Positions 26,065-38,131 are shown, numbered from the stretch's first letter. The stretch is DNA of 64,000 nt from Narcine bancroftii (GCF_036971445.1 NC_091481.1:11718001-11782000), one strand, 5' to 3'. The notes: generated from the letters alone by a model not told the origin. Made by a program: numbers and translations.

Positions 26065-26148
26065 TTTGCGTGTCATCCTTGCGCAGGGGCTATGCTAATC
26101 TTCTCTGTATCATTCCAATTTTAGTATATGTGCTACCGAAGCAAGCAC
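26065..26148 (-). pseudogene. U6: U6 snRNA retro-pseudogene (U6 nt 1-84, 3'-truncated)
   Basis: Reverse complement reads GTGCTTGCTTCGGTAGCACATATACTAAAATTGGAATGATACAGAGAAGATTAGCATAGCCCCTGCGCAAGGATGACACGCAAA, 4 mismatches to vertebrate U6 with the ACAGAGA box intact. It lacks the last ~22 nt and has no TATA/PSE upstream. Confidence 0.95.
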
Positions 26149-26489
26149 ACCTCCTTCCTGACATTGAGAGAGAGGTTGCTATCTTGGACTATTAGATCTT
26201 CTCCACTTCTAGTTATGAATTAACCAATGTCATGGAGAGAGGAAATTAGCAAATGAAAAAAAGTTTGTTTGAAGTAGGCAAACCTTCATGTTCACTTCAA
26301 AATCTTGATTTATTATCGGTAGTTTTAGTTCATAATTTTTTTGATGTTTTGCTGCTTTGGACAGTTTGAGGTTTTTGATACTTGGCCTGTATTGTAACAG
26401 GATATCCGATTCCTTTGAGGCTATAGAAAATTATCATCATGTTTTCTTTTCGTTCCCATTGTTCTCAAGTGTCTTGGTTATTGTTTCAG

Positions 26490-26599
26490 GTATCGAATGT
26501 CCTCGTGGGACCCGGAACACGCCTGCAGGAATTCAGGAAGGAGAACCGTTTAGTGAAGATGCTACCCAATTCACCAAAGAGCTGGTGCTGCAGCGCGAG
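26490..26599 (+). CDS. SND1: SND1 (staphylococcal nuclease and Tudor domain-containing 1, Tudor-SN) internal coding exon, equivalent to human exon 16; part of the SN4 domain
   Basis: Pyrimidine tract plus ttgtttcAG acceptor (AG at 26488-26489) and GTaagt donor at 26600; 110 bp, phase 1 to phase 0. Translates as (G)[36 protein letters not shown], matching human SND1 [37 protein letters not shown] (recalled). Confidence 0.95.
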
Positions 26600-27967
26600 G
26601 TAAGTGAGTGGCTCACAGATGGATGGCCGTGGTTTTTTTGTCCTAATCTCCCATTTGTCAGGCACAAATGGTTTTGAAGATGAAAGATTTGAATTGAATT
26701 GGAGCTTTTGTTCTTGTGCTCAAGTCATTTTGTTTGCCTGACAGTTGAATTTCACTATATTATCTGGTTGTGCTCAGCTGCATTTTTGAGAAGCTGCTAA
26801 TTTGTGAGATTTTTAGTTTTCTGGTGTAGCACACCTTTGGTGTGAGAATTGCCTAATTCATGAGTCGTATGAGAACATTGCATCTGCTCTTCTGCCTAAT
26901 AGTTGTGGCCTTCTGCTGGCAAAAGCCCCGTTCTCCACAGCAAATTTTTGCTGCACTCACAGCCTCTTTTCTCATTTATTTGAGGTGAGGTTGAATATCC
27001 AAGGTCAATCATGTTGCTGAATGTGGAAAACACATTCTGAATCCTTCCCTAATTCTGTGAAAGATCTAAAGGCAAACCTAATTTCTATAGATTTTTCTGA
27101 ATTTGAAGAATAAAGGTAATGTAACAGTGGTTTAGTGAGTGTTTCAGCTGTGGATCTGAAGAGAAGGCGGAGACGAGGTACTGAACTTTAAGATCAGCTA
27201 TGATCTCATTGAATGGCGGAGCAGGCTCGAAGGTCCGAATGACCTACTCCTGCTCCTGTCTTCTATGTGCCGATGTATTCTATGTTTCTATGAACCTTGT
27301 TTGGTTCTCATGGCTCTATCGCATATTGAAGAGTCAGTTGGAGACATGAGACTGCAGATGATGGAACATGGAGCACAAAGCTGGAGATACTTTGTGGGGG
27401 GGAGAAAAATTGTCAAAATTTTGACCTAAAATGTTGACAACCCTTCTCCCAGCTCCCCCCCCCCCCCCCCGCCATCCCAAAAAAAGAACCTCCTTCAGCA
27501 GATTGCTCTTTTGTTCAGTTGACAAATGAGTTATATTGCTCTTACATTAAATCAACTTTGGAGTGCCCAACTGTCTTGGAATAGTTACTAACTCTGAAAT
27601 GATATAATAAATGCTGTTGAGAGTGCACTGTAATGAGGGTAGTGTTTCACAAATCAGGTTTCCAGAACTTTTAAGGATTGGAAAAGATTTGTACTCAGTA
27701 ACAGATGAGACATAAATTTCACACAGTACATGATTCAGCAACTGGCTCAATATCTCATTAATGAATGAGCTTTCAACGTTCAGGATGTTCAGCTAGCTGT
27801 GTGTCAGGAAAAGAAATGGTCCTGATGATATCATTTAAATAACTGAAGTATGGAAACACTTTAAGCTAGTGTCATATGATCTTCCTGAATGTTCTTCCTC
27901 TGCATGTGTCGATGTATTCACTTGTTTTTATTATTTTGAAGTCATGGGAAAAAGGGGAAGTGATAAC

Positions 27968-29370
27968 TTTTTTTGAATATTTTATTTTTGATTTTTCAAA
28001 AACTCATGCAAATCCCATAAACAGAATTTTACATTCTCTTTCCACATAATATGATTTACAGAGTCCTTATTTCCCCCTCCCTATCCCTGAAATTATATAA
28101 ATACCAAAATATAAAAATACAAAAAGACAAAAACCTAAATACTGACAAAGACTCGATCTTCCTCAAAGCTAGAGGACCCTGGATCTTAAATAAAAACAGG
28201 TAGGGGAAAAAATACGTCATCTGCGCCACGTACCTCATTTCATACTCTTAATCTTTTACCTGCTGGGACGTTTTATATCTTTTCTCTTATTTGGGAGGTG
28301 GGGGTGGTGTGAATTATATCTGCGCATCTATGTGCCTCAGATACGGTTGCCACACTTCAATGAATGTGTCATATCTCATCCATAAGTCATAGGTGATTTT
28401 CTCCAGGGAAATGCAACTCTGTATTTCCATATTCCATCTTGGATTATTTAGTTGGGAGTCGGACTTCCATGTAACAGCGAGACACTTCTTAGCTATTGAC
28501 AAGGCAATAGCAAACCCCTTCACAAACTTAATTTGGTGTTTGGACAGTCTCAACTGTATTTCTCCAATGACCCCGGAAAGTACAACTCTGGATCCTGTGG
28601 AAAAACCATCCTTGCAATTTTTTTTTAGGGTGTACCCCCAGGTTTTCACAGAAGGCTCTCACCCTGTACACAGTCAGTTGGAGTGGACAAAGGTTCCAAC
28701 CTCCACACCACACATAAAGCACATTTCCAAAATTTCTGCCTTTAACTTGTGTAATTTTATTGGTGTGAAGTATAACTGATGCAGGATAATATATTGCACC
28801 AGCATTAACAATTCCCATTAGGCTAAACACAAATCTTTCCAACATTGTTAATTAATTTTTATGCCCAAGTCCATCTCCCATTTTTCTCTTGACCGAATTA
28901 AGCCTGGCTTCAGGCTTTCACTTTGGATTATGGAATACATCCTATAAATAACTTTCCGCACATTCCCCTTTTGAATTGGAGTCTCCATGTCACTACAGTC
29001 AAGCAGGGTCATTGCTGGTCCCGGTCTATCTCTTAGGAAAGATCTTAATTGCAGAAAGCAGACAAATGCTCTATTCAATAAATCATAGTTACTCCTAAAA
29101 TGCTCGGATGCATGAGCTGCCCTTGATAATAATAATCCTCGATACACCTGATCCCCTTCCAGCACCAGGTGTCCAGGATATTATTGCCCAGAGTCATAGC
29201 TATTAAATTGTTCTGGGTTGAGGTTGTTTTAGGAGATAACCCCACTCTCAATCTAATATGTTGATTTATTCTTTGCCGTGTCTGGCACATGTTTTATTAT
29301 GGGGTTGTCTTTTTTTATTCAAAACTAATTTGGCATCCCATTTGTAAAGAGATATCTTTGCCAAAATATG
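27968..29370 (-). mobile_element. L1/Tx1-type LINE 3' fragment, same family as 10753-11958
   Basis: Broken peptides FLQLRSFLR, KWEMDLG, IAKKCLAVTWKS, EKITY..FIEVWQPYL; A-rich tail on the minus strand near 27970. Confidence 0.8.
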
Positions 29371-29539
29371 AACCTTAAAGTTGGTTAAATGCAGTTGTAT
29401 TTTTGAATGAAAGATCTGGTCTACCTTATCATAATGTCAGTTCAAATGTGACCTGGGATTTCTGCTTGCTTTGCTTATTTTTATTCCATTTTCCAACATT
29501 TGCAGTTTATTTATGTCTCTGAACTACAGTCAACCTTGA

Positions 29540-29653
29540 GCAACAGTTGTCTTGACATTGGGGTAACAGTTCTCTTGACATTGGGGCAACAGTTGTCTTG
29601 ACATTGGGGCAACAGTTCTCTTGACATTGGGGCAACAGTTGTCTTGACATTGG
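29540..29653. repeat. Minisatellite, about 5 x 23 bp (GCAACAGTT[G/C]TCTTGACATTGGG)
   Basis: Five tandem units with strictly alternating GTTGTC/GTTCTC variants. Confidence 0.9.
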
Positions 29654-29996
29654 AGCAGTTCATTTACTCATGCTATGCATGGTCCATAGTGCAACAAAAT
29701 AAGCTTTGTCATCCTGGTCATCATGTCATGATTGAGAAGACATTTGACGTGGATAGAATTGGGCACGATGATCCTTTTCTCTTGCTCAAAGCATGGTTCC
29801 CCACCCCTTTCTAAGAGATGCCCTGGCTTCACTCCTGGCTCACTTCAGCCTCCCTTGCCTCTACTTACTGCCTCAACCTACATCCTTCCACACCAGCAGG
29901 CCCAAATTCAGACTTACATGAATTGTATTCGTTGCTAGTTATCTGTTATTAATTTGATTTATTTTGATGTCTGGAGAAAAGGGGAAGTGAATAAAG

Positions 29997-30791
29997 AGCC
30001 CCTTTTACACATCACTTGAAAGCTGGGTTTTATCCATCTTTTGAGCACTGTGTGAAAGCATCTAAGCGGATTGGTGGGGGGGGGGGGGGTCTAGACTTGA
30101 CCGTCTTCGATCTGCCAAGGTAGATACTCTCAGCGGTGGAGCGTATCGATGCAGGACCAACCTAAAATGGTCGACCCATGATGCTGGGATGAAATGGCAA
30201 GGGAAGATGACATTGTGATGTTGGGTCCAGAAAAGGTTCATAGTCATAGGTGCACAGAGAGTAGAGCAGGGGACTCTGCTAGGTGGATAGTGTGCGAATG
30301 TCGGTGGGTCTGGACACAAGGGTTCGCAATCACACATAGCTTTTATTAATGAACAGCAATTTGTTGAAGATTGTGGTAAAATATAAATTGGAATAAAACA
30401 TATGTGCACAATTTATAAAAGAGCCTGGGAAAATGTTAAACAGTACACAATTGTTGTACTGTTTAACATTTTCCCATACTCTCTTATAAATTGTGCACGT
30501 GTGTGTTTTATTCCTGTTAAAATTTTGTCACGATGTTCAACAAATTGTGTATTAACAAAAGCTACGTGTGATTTCAAACCCTTGTGTCCAGACCATTCGA
30601 ATTTGAATCTTTTCTCAACACAACATAATGTCACACTAGGCTCTGACACTGCTGTGCTACATGTCCCACCTCTTTTGCTCCGGGAAGCCGGCTTGCTGTG
30701 TAAAAGAACTCACGGCTTTTTTCTGTTCTATGTGAACAAGTAAGCTGGCTTCCAGAGACTGGTAATGCGGCTTTTCAGTGTAATAAGTGCT
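29997..30791. mobile_element. Non-autonomous PIF/Harbinger-like element with a long internal palindrome
   Basis: Left end AGCCCCTTTTACACA, degenerate right end and candidate 3-bp TSD AAG. Imperfect palindrome of roughly 30300-30600 centred on CAATTG near 30450. Confidence 0.6.
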
Positions 30792-31869
30792 AAGGATTGT
30801 CAAGGGAAGAGAAATCATTGCATCTGGTACCTATAAACCACTTGAGTGTGGAATTTCTCATGGGGAATTTATGAAGAATTTAACCTTTTTGAACTAAGTA
30901 CCTGCTCGTCATATTGTTAACATTGAAAATTGATACAATAATGCACAGGAATGAAGTCAAATGCTACATTGTGCAACTGAGTTGTTCAAGGAGAAGGCTA
31001 CAAAGTGAGATGGGGAAGGGAGTGATGGTACTCAGTGGAGTTAGCCGGTTAATGAATTGTAGAATATATTTAATCCTTCAAAGTCTTTTGTTTTTCAACA
31101 TTATCTTGCAACAGTTTTCTGCATTACCTTGAGGGGAAGTTGGCTAATTTCACTGTGGTACACTGATTTACCACCACCATTTATTAGAATACAAGTTGCA
31201 CAGGATCACTAGCCCCTAAAGGGAAGTTTATAATATAAATATAGTTTAAGGGAAGCTGCTAATGGTTTTTCAGTGCTGACTTAAGTAATTCTCTGTTAAT
31301 AGATCATTGTATTGACTCATTAAAGGAAGGCATTTGCGAATTCTTAGGAATTCCAAGTGTGAAAGCATTATCTTCCCTCATTCAAACCAGTCAAATGCAG
31401 TTTATCACTTTATCCTTCAATGCGTCTAGGAGAGGTTCCATCTAAATGATAAAGAAATGTACCTTTCAGCCCATTTCCCTGCCCCTTCTACCCCACATCA
31501 TTCCTTTTGGAAGTGTCATGTCAGGCAGCATCCATGGAAGGCGAGAGACAGTCAATGTCTCAGGCCAATTTTTCAGTATCTGCAGTCTTTCTTGTTTGCT
31601 ATGGAAACATGACAAACAATTTGCGCATTATCAAATAACAATATGATGAGTAAATATTTTCTGATGAAGTTAATTGAAGTTAATATTAAACATCTCCTGC
31701 TGTATTTCCTTTACTCTGGAATGAATGACATATCAGAGAACAAGCATCATCTAAAAGATTGAATCTCCAGCCATTAGCTGCCCTTTTGAGTCACATTAGT
31801 GTCTCGGCCCAATTTATAAATTCATGACTTGGGTTTAAATGCTCTCTACAGATTTGTTGAACAACATGG

Positions 31870-32390
31870 CTGCTCAGGTTGTCTCTCGAAGCTGGTTTGA
31901 ATTCCTCCAGACCTCTCCTATCCAAATATCTTTTAAATGTCTCAATTGTACCCACCTCCACAGCTTTCTCTGGGAGCGTGTCCAAATATCCACCACTCTG
32001 TGTGAAAAACGTGCCCCAGGGTTCATGTTGAATCTCTCCCCTTTCACTTTAAAGTGTGTTTTAGACTCTCCTGCCTGAGGGAAAAAGATGGCAACTTTCT
32101 CCTTATCTATGACCCTGATATGTGTGTCTATAAAATTCGAGCCTATTCATCCTCTCCTTGGAACTCAAACTCTTGGGTCCTGGTAACATTCTCTCGAATG
32201 TTTCCTGTGCCCTTTCCAGTTTAATAATGTTCCTCCTATCAGCTGGGTAACCAGAACTACTCAGAATACTTCAAATGTGATCTCACCAACATCTAGTACA
32301 GTTGCAGAAAGAGTCCTACCTCCTGTACACAATGCCTAGACCAGTGACCCAAACATGCCATATGCTGCCTTCACCACCCTGACTATGTCT
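31870..32390 (-). mobile_element. CR1 LINE 3' fragment
   Basis: Peptide TLPEKAVEVGTIETFKRYLD; SHLKYSE..W motif upstream. Confidence 0.7.
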
Positions 32391-34184
32391 ATGTGTTGTG
32401 AAGAAACAACTGGTAAGGGATATAGAAGAATTACACTATTGCATTTAGGTGATACACAAGCCCTTCATAAACTGGATGACTGCAATGTCGCAGGAGGTGC
32501 ACTGAACTTTAATTTTTATTTGACTGTGGCGCAAATACCCTCAAATTCTTTCCACTTGCTAATGTACTTGCAGTTCATGTGACTGAATAAAAATATTTTT
32601 TTTGGAGATAAACGAAGATGTATTTGTTTTTAGTGTTAAACTCTGTAATAGTGTAACTGATTTGGAAATCTATTGAGTGAATATTCTGCCTTGGACATTT
32701 TCTCCAATGAATCCTCTTTCTGGGTAGGTGGGGGGGGGGGGGGGGAAGAAAGAAAGAATTATGTTTCGAAATTTCAAGACAGATTGTATGTTGCTTATTG
32801 ATTTAGAAAGCAGCAGTGAAACGGATCTAAAACGTGGTCTTCGGGCCAAACAAAACCAGAAAAATAAGAATAATGTTTTCATAAAGAGTGCCTGCTATTA
32901 TGAAGGTAGTGTTTTGGACACTCAGTTCTTTCACCATTTGAAAGGCAAAGAAAGAAAGGAGCCATATGCAGCTGCGTCAGTTTGTAGAATAGTTCCGCAA
33001 GTGTCAGTGAGTGTGAGCACTGACAACCAGAGACCTAAAAATAAAAATAGAAGTTTTTATGTAGCTTAATTTCATGACAAATGTAGCCTGATAAATTGAC
33101 TCATAGTCCTGCTCATGGTGGCTTCTTCAAATTCAATGAGTGCCAGATATTTTTGCGTTCACTTGAAAACTTTTTTTTGTAAGCCTATGTTTCAAGGAAT
33201 TAGATTTTACTTCACCATCTAGTGATTTCATTTACCAGTTGTTCATTTTCATGCTGGCTGATTTCCTAATTTTGTACTGTTTACAGAATCTTAATGCCCC
33301 ATTCATTCATCCTCACTTCATACTCCTCCTCTGTCCTTTCCCATGTCCTCTTTCCTTTTCCCTGTTCCCTACACCCCAGTTCCTTTCTTTTCTCTTATAG
33401 TCTACTGAAATTCTTATTTAAGTCTTCAATCTCCAAAATATCTATGTTAGTAAAGCAGAGGACTCAATGCTGCATTTTATGTATGTTTGTGATTATTAGG
33501 TGCTGTGGATGGTGTGTGCGCATGCACACGCCATGGCTCTTTTGCCTGGTTGTGAGAATAACTTGAAAGCTCCAAATCAGTACTTCCACAAAATAAAAAT
33601 AAATGCATCCTTATTGCATTTTGAATAAGGACTCGCCCACCTCCAATTCCAGAAAATTGTTGCTTTATACAGAATAATGTTTTATGACCAACAATCAAAT
33701 TCCTGAGGGCATCTGTAATTAATACAAATGGTTTTTAAAAATGACAGCTGCAGAACAGTATACTGTTAGTCACATCCAGAAAATCCTGGAATGGTACTGT
33801 GGATATTAACAAAAACACACTGTGTATGTAACAGACAAACAGTTCACGTATCACCAATGGATTATTGGCTTAACTTGCAGGAAAGCCGCATTAACAGTCA
33901 TTTAACCAAAATACATTCTGTTTAACTTTGGTTTTTGTTGATAAGATTTTCCAAACATTTTCCTTGACTTTCTTGTTCCTCTTTGCTTTTATTACGCATT
34001 TTAAAATGGGGGCTGCAGGCTGCATTTTATTTTTAACTCACTGGCAACTTTGAGGGCTGCCGTTTTAGTCAAATAAAAAAATAGAGGTATGATCTGAATG
34101 AATTTTGGCAATGAAAAAGGATGGCCAAATCAAATAAGCATTTTGTTTTCAACCTGGAATTTATACTAATTTATATTAGTGAGG

Positions 34185-34490
34185 CACAGCCTTGGAAAAT
34201 AAAGGGTGCCCCTTTAGAACAGAGATGAGGAGAAATTTCTTCAGCCAGAGTGTGGTGAATCTGGAGAATTTTTTTGCCACAAATGGCAGTGGAGGCACTC
34301 ATTGGGTAGATTTAAAGCAGGTAGATTTAAGGTTCTTGAAGTTGTTGGGAGTCACTATTTTGGAGGGTCTTGATTCTAAGAGCATCGGAGATTATGTGGG
34401 AAAAGGTAAGAAAAATGGTTTGAAAGGAAGAAACCCATGATTCAAATGATAGATCAGACTTGACAGCCCAAATGGCTCTTTTTCTCCTTC
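34185..34490 (+). mobile_element. CR1 LINE 3' end
   Basis: Peptide KGCPFRTEMRRNFFSQSVVNL. Confidence 0.7.
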
Positions 34491-35119
34491 TTAACTCTTA
34501 GCACCTTATATTTCCAAATTCACACAAAATATTTGTCTTCACAAAACTGCTTGTATACTATTGTTCCATAAATGAGGATGAAAGGATGCATTTTCCTGAA
34601 CAGAATCTCATTATTTTGTTTTATTTTGCATTCAGACTTATCATTGGTAACAACTAATGTCACAATTTAGACTCAATCTTGTTCTCATTTGTGGTGATGT
34701 AGTCATGTGCTCTGACACCAGGTGGCTCTGTGGAGCAGGAATCCACAAAATGAAGTGAAGTGCCATTCCCAGCTCTGTTGTACTCCACAGAGGAAAATAA
34801 ATTGACTGCCATCGTGCAATACTTCAAGCTATTTCATAGATTTTGTTGGAAAGAAATACAAAAGCTGCTTCTTCCCAGCCTTTTGCTAATATAAATGGAT
34901 TCTCCTTAAATAATTTAATGAACCGACAATATATTGAGGAATGGCGTCAGAGGGGAAAAGAGCAAAGGAATGAAAAAAGAGAGCTCACCTTATTTTCTGT
35001 GGGTTTACAAATAAAGTTGATCATATTCTTACTCGGTCATAAGTATGATTACCAATTACCATATATTTTGGAATATTAATTCCATCTTCCCATAGCCCTT
35101 CCATTATATTATCATCTAC

Positions 35120-35495
35120 CTTGCATTGGATTCTGCATCTGTAGCCTCTTGTTTCCATTTATTACCTTCCAGCCTCTATCTCTACCCTCTCCTATCTCCA
35201 CCTGGCTCCATCTTTTTGCTCTTTTCTTATGTCATTTTCTATCTCCCACCAGCTCCTGCCTCCACCTCTTCTTTCCCATCTGGTTCCATTTGCCCATCAT
35301 CCCCCTCCTTACCTGATTCCACCTGCCCTTTGCTAATCCTTGCCTCATCCTTCACTCTCACCTTTCAACACTTGCTATCTCCCCTCTACACTACCAGGGT
35401 TTCAATCTGAACGGTAGGCTATCTCTTTGCTCCTTAAGCTGCTGAATTGTTTTTCACCCGAGATTCCGGCATTTGCAGTCCCTTGTGTTTCCATA
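35120..35495 (+). mobile_element. Penelope-like element non-coding 3' tail
   Basis: C/T-rich tract followed by the same terminal block (gattccggcatttgcagtcccttgtgtttcc) as the other PLE ends. Confidence 0.55.
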
Positions 35496-35904
35496 GCAAT
35501 TTTGAGATTTAGCATTCACTCAGACAAAGCAATCACTTAACTCTCTATGGTTCAGGATTCTGAATTGGAAGTTATAGTTTATTTTTAAATAAATTACATC
35601 TCAGTAAAAAAAAATCCTGCAGAATCTCACCATAATCAGAACAGCTATTTATAGCTAGGGGAGACTTCATGAGTAAAATCTGAAATGTGCATGATATTTT
35701 ATTGAGTTACCTGAATACCTGTGGCATGATTGGCTTGTGTGCCCAAGGCTTGTTTCTGCCTGAAAGCTGTACTGACAATTATACTGTGTAGGAAGAGCCC
35801 ATTCAGCCCCTTGTGCCTAACCCCAGCCCCTTCTTTTTCTCTTCCTTGCAATGTAATTATCCACTTTCCTTTTGAGGGTAACTAGCTTGCTTCACCATGC
35901 TTTC

Positions 35905-36152
35905 TTTTATTTAATTTTTTTAAAATTTAGATATACAGCACGGTAACAGGCCCTTTCGGCCCATGAGGCTGTTCTGCCCAATTACACCCAATTGACCTAC
36001 ATCCCCCATATGTTTTGAACAGTGGGATGAAACTGGAGCACCCAGAGGAAATCCATGCAGACATGGGGAGAACGTACAAACTTCTTACAGACAGTGCCGG
36101 GTTCGAATCCCAGTCTCGGTTGCTGGAGCTGTAACAGCATTGCGCTAACTGC
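35905..36152 (-). mobile_element. HE1-like V-SINE, well preserved
   Basis: B-box gattcgaacc, V-domain and tail gggccgaaagggcctgttaccgtgctgtatatct with an A-rich end. Confidence 0.85.
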
Positions 36153-36358
36153 TTCATTAATTGTGACTCTTCAGTTCCAAGTCTTGTCTTCATAGCAGAT
36201 GAAATTTAATGTTGCAAAATGACAGATTTTGTTAGAATGAACAGGGAAAGGCAATATAAATCAGAGATAAGATTTTAAAATTGATTTAAAAATGGTGAAA
36301 ACATACGAGATTTCAGACACTGGAATCTGGACCAAAAAACAATCTGCTGGAGGAACTA

Positions 36359-38131
36359 CCATATATTTCAGCAAATAAGTCAGTCGGCGTATAAGTCGAT
36401 CCCCCTTTTTCATCCTCATTTTAAGTTTTATGGTATATCCAGTATATAAGTTGACCCCAATTTTCTGGCTGCCTGAGGTGTCCCATTGTCTATAAGTCGA
36501 CCCCCAAAGCTCGTGATGCCTGAGATGGGCTGTTGACCAGCGTATACATTGTCTCCCATAGATCATGCTGATTGATCTGGGCATTGGGTGGAGGTGATTG
36601 CAATGCAGCACACGACGAAAATATGAAATGAGCTTTAAGTTGAAAGTAATAGGAATGGCCAAGAAAACCTGCTGCAAGAAAATTTGAGGTACATGAGAAG
36701 TTGGTAAGCGAATGGAGGAAGAAAGAAGAAACTTTTAAGGAACAAAACAAAAAGCCAATGTTCTTTGTGAAAAGGAATCACTCGTTGGCCAGAGTTGGAA
36801 AATCTCATTGCAGAATGGGTACGTGAACAGAGGCGAGATTGCTACAGTCACCTGAAGTAAAATAAGAACATTTGTACAGCAGTGGGTCAAGTCGCACCCA
36901 AACCTCAGTGATGATTTTGAGGCTACAGTTGGCTGGTGCAATGATATTACAAAAACAAAAATTGCACAGACACTACAAAAGATCTTGATCATAAATTTGT
37001 AAGTTTTCAACAGTTTATTATATGGAACTGGCAGAAACCCAGTTTGCATTGGCAAATATTGGAAACGTGGACGAAACCCCCATGAATTTCAACATGACAG
37101 GCAATAGAACAGTGGAATAGAAAGGTGTTAAAACTGTGCAAACCAGAAGTACAGGCCACAAAGGACCAGGTTTACCGTGGTGTTATTGTGCATGGCTGAT
37201 GGGACAAGTTAAGGCACACTGGTAATCTTCAAACAGATAATTAAACCGAAAATGAATTTCCCTGCAGGTATTTTTGTACATTTTCATGAAAAAGGATGGA
37301 TGGATGAAAATGGTGTAAAACTATGGATAGACAATGTGTGGAACAGACGGCCAGGCAGTTTACGCAAAGAATGGAATTTGCTGATCTGGGATATGTTTAA
37401 TAGCCACTTAACTGAGAATACTAAAAGTAGATTAACACTACATGATACTTACATGGCGGTTATCCCGGGTGGTTTGACGTCTATATTGCAACCTGTCAAT
37501 GTCTGCTTGAACAAAGCCATTCAAAGGCCGTGTGTACGAGGAATGGAATACATGGGTGTTGAGTGCAGAAAAGTCATTTACAAAAGGTGGGGCAATACGT
37601 GCTGCACTGTGTAACTTCGTGCTCAAGGCATGGGACAAAGTTAAGGTAGAGACTGTGATTAAAATAATTTTAAAAGTGCGGTATCTCTTGTGTAATTGAT
37701 GGCACGGAAGATGATTTATTGTGGGACACTGATGATGAAGCTGAAACCACCTCATCAGATACAGACTGGACCCATATGATGACTGTTTAAACAGTGAGAG
37801 TATGGATAAGCTTGCCACCATCTTCGCTTCAGACGATGATAGAGTGATTTTGAAGCGTTCTAAATGTGTTTTTTTTAGACAATGATAGTGATTTTGTTGT
37901 TTTCAATAAAATTCTCAAAGAAAATGTGTTGCAATTGTTTTCTTTTTGTTTTTCAAGGGTTGACACACGCCAAATCGTTTTTTCAAGAGTTGACTTGTCC
38001 GCTGGATCACTGCGGATTGCATTTTGAACTGAATTTTAAGGTCTCAAAAGTTTATCTGGTGTATAAGTTGACTCTCATTTTTGAGAGATTTTTTGGGTTT
38101 CACGACTCGACTTATATGCCGAAATATACGA
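36359..38131 (+). mobile_element. Decayed full-length pogo/Tc2-type DNA transposon (POGK-like; Brinker DBD + CENP-B HTH + DDE)
   Basis: TA TSD (36357-36358, 38132-38133); imperfect 23-bp TIRs CCATATATTTCAGCAAATAAGTC / GACTTATATGCCGAAATATACGA; repeated subterminal TATAAGTCGAC motifs. Frame-broken peptides RRKYEMSFKLKVI..AARKFEVHEKLVSEWR, IGNVDETPMNF, KGWMDENGVKLWIDNVW, LLIWDMFNSH, VIPGGLTSILQPVNV. Confidence 0.9.

Noticed and set aside
26065-26148. Functional U6 gene
   Set aside because: Missing the 3' ~22 nt and oligo-T terminator, no TATA/PSE, and flanked by LINE debris.
26357-26677. 106-aa ORF as a stand-alone gene
   Set aside because: Only the central 110 bp between canonical splice sites matches SND1; the rest is intron read-through.
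29540-29653. CRISPR-like array
   Set aside because: The units are contiguous with no unique spacers, there are no cas genes, and the context is vertebrate.
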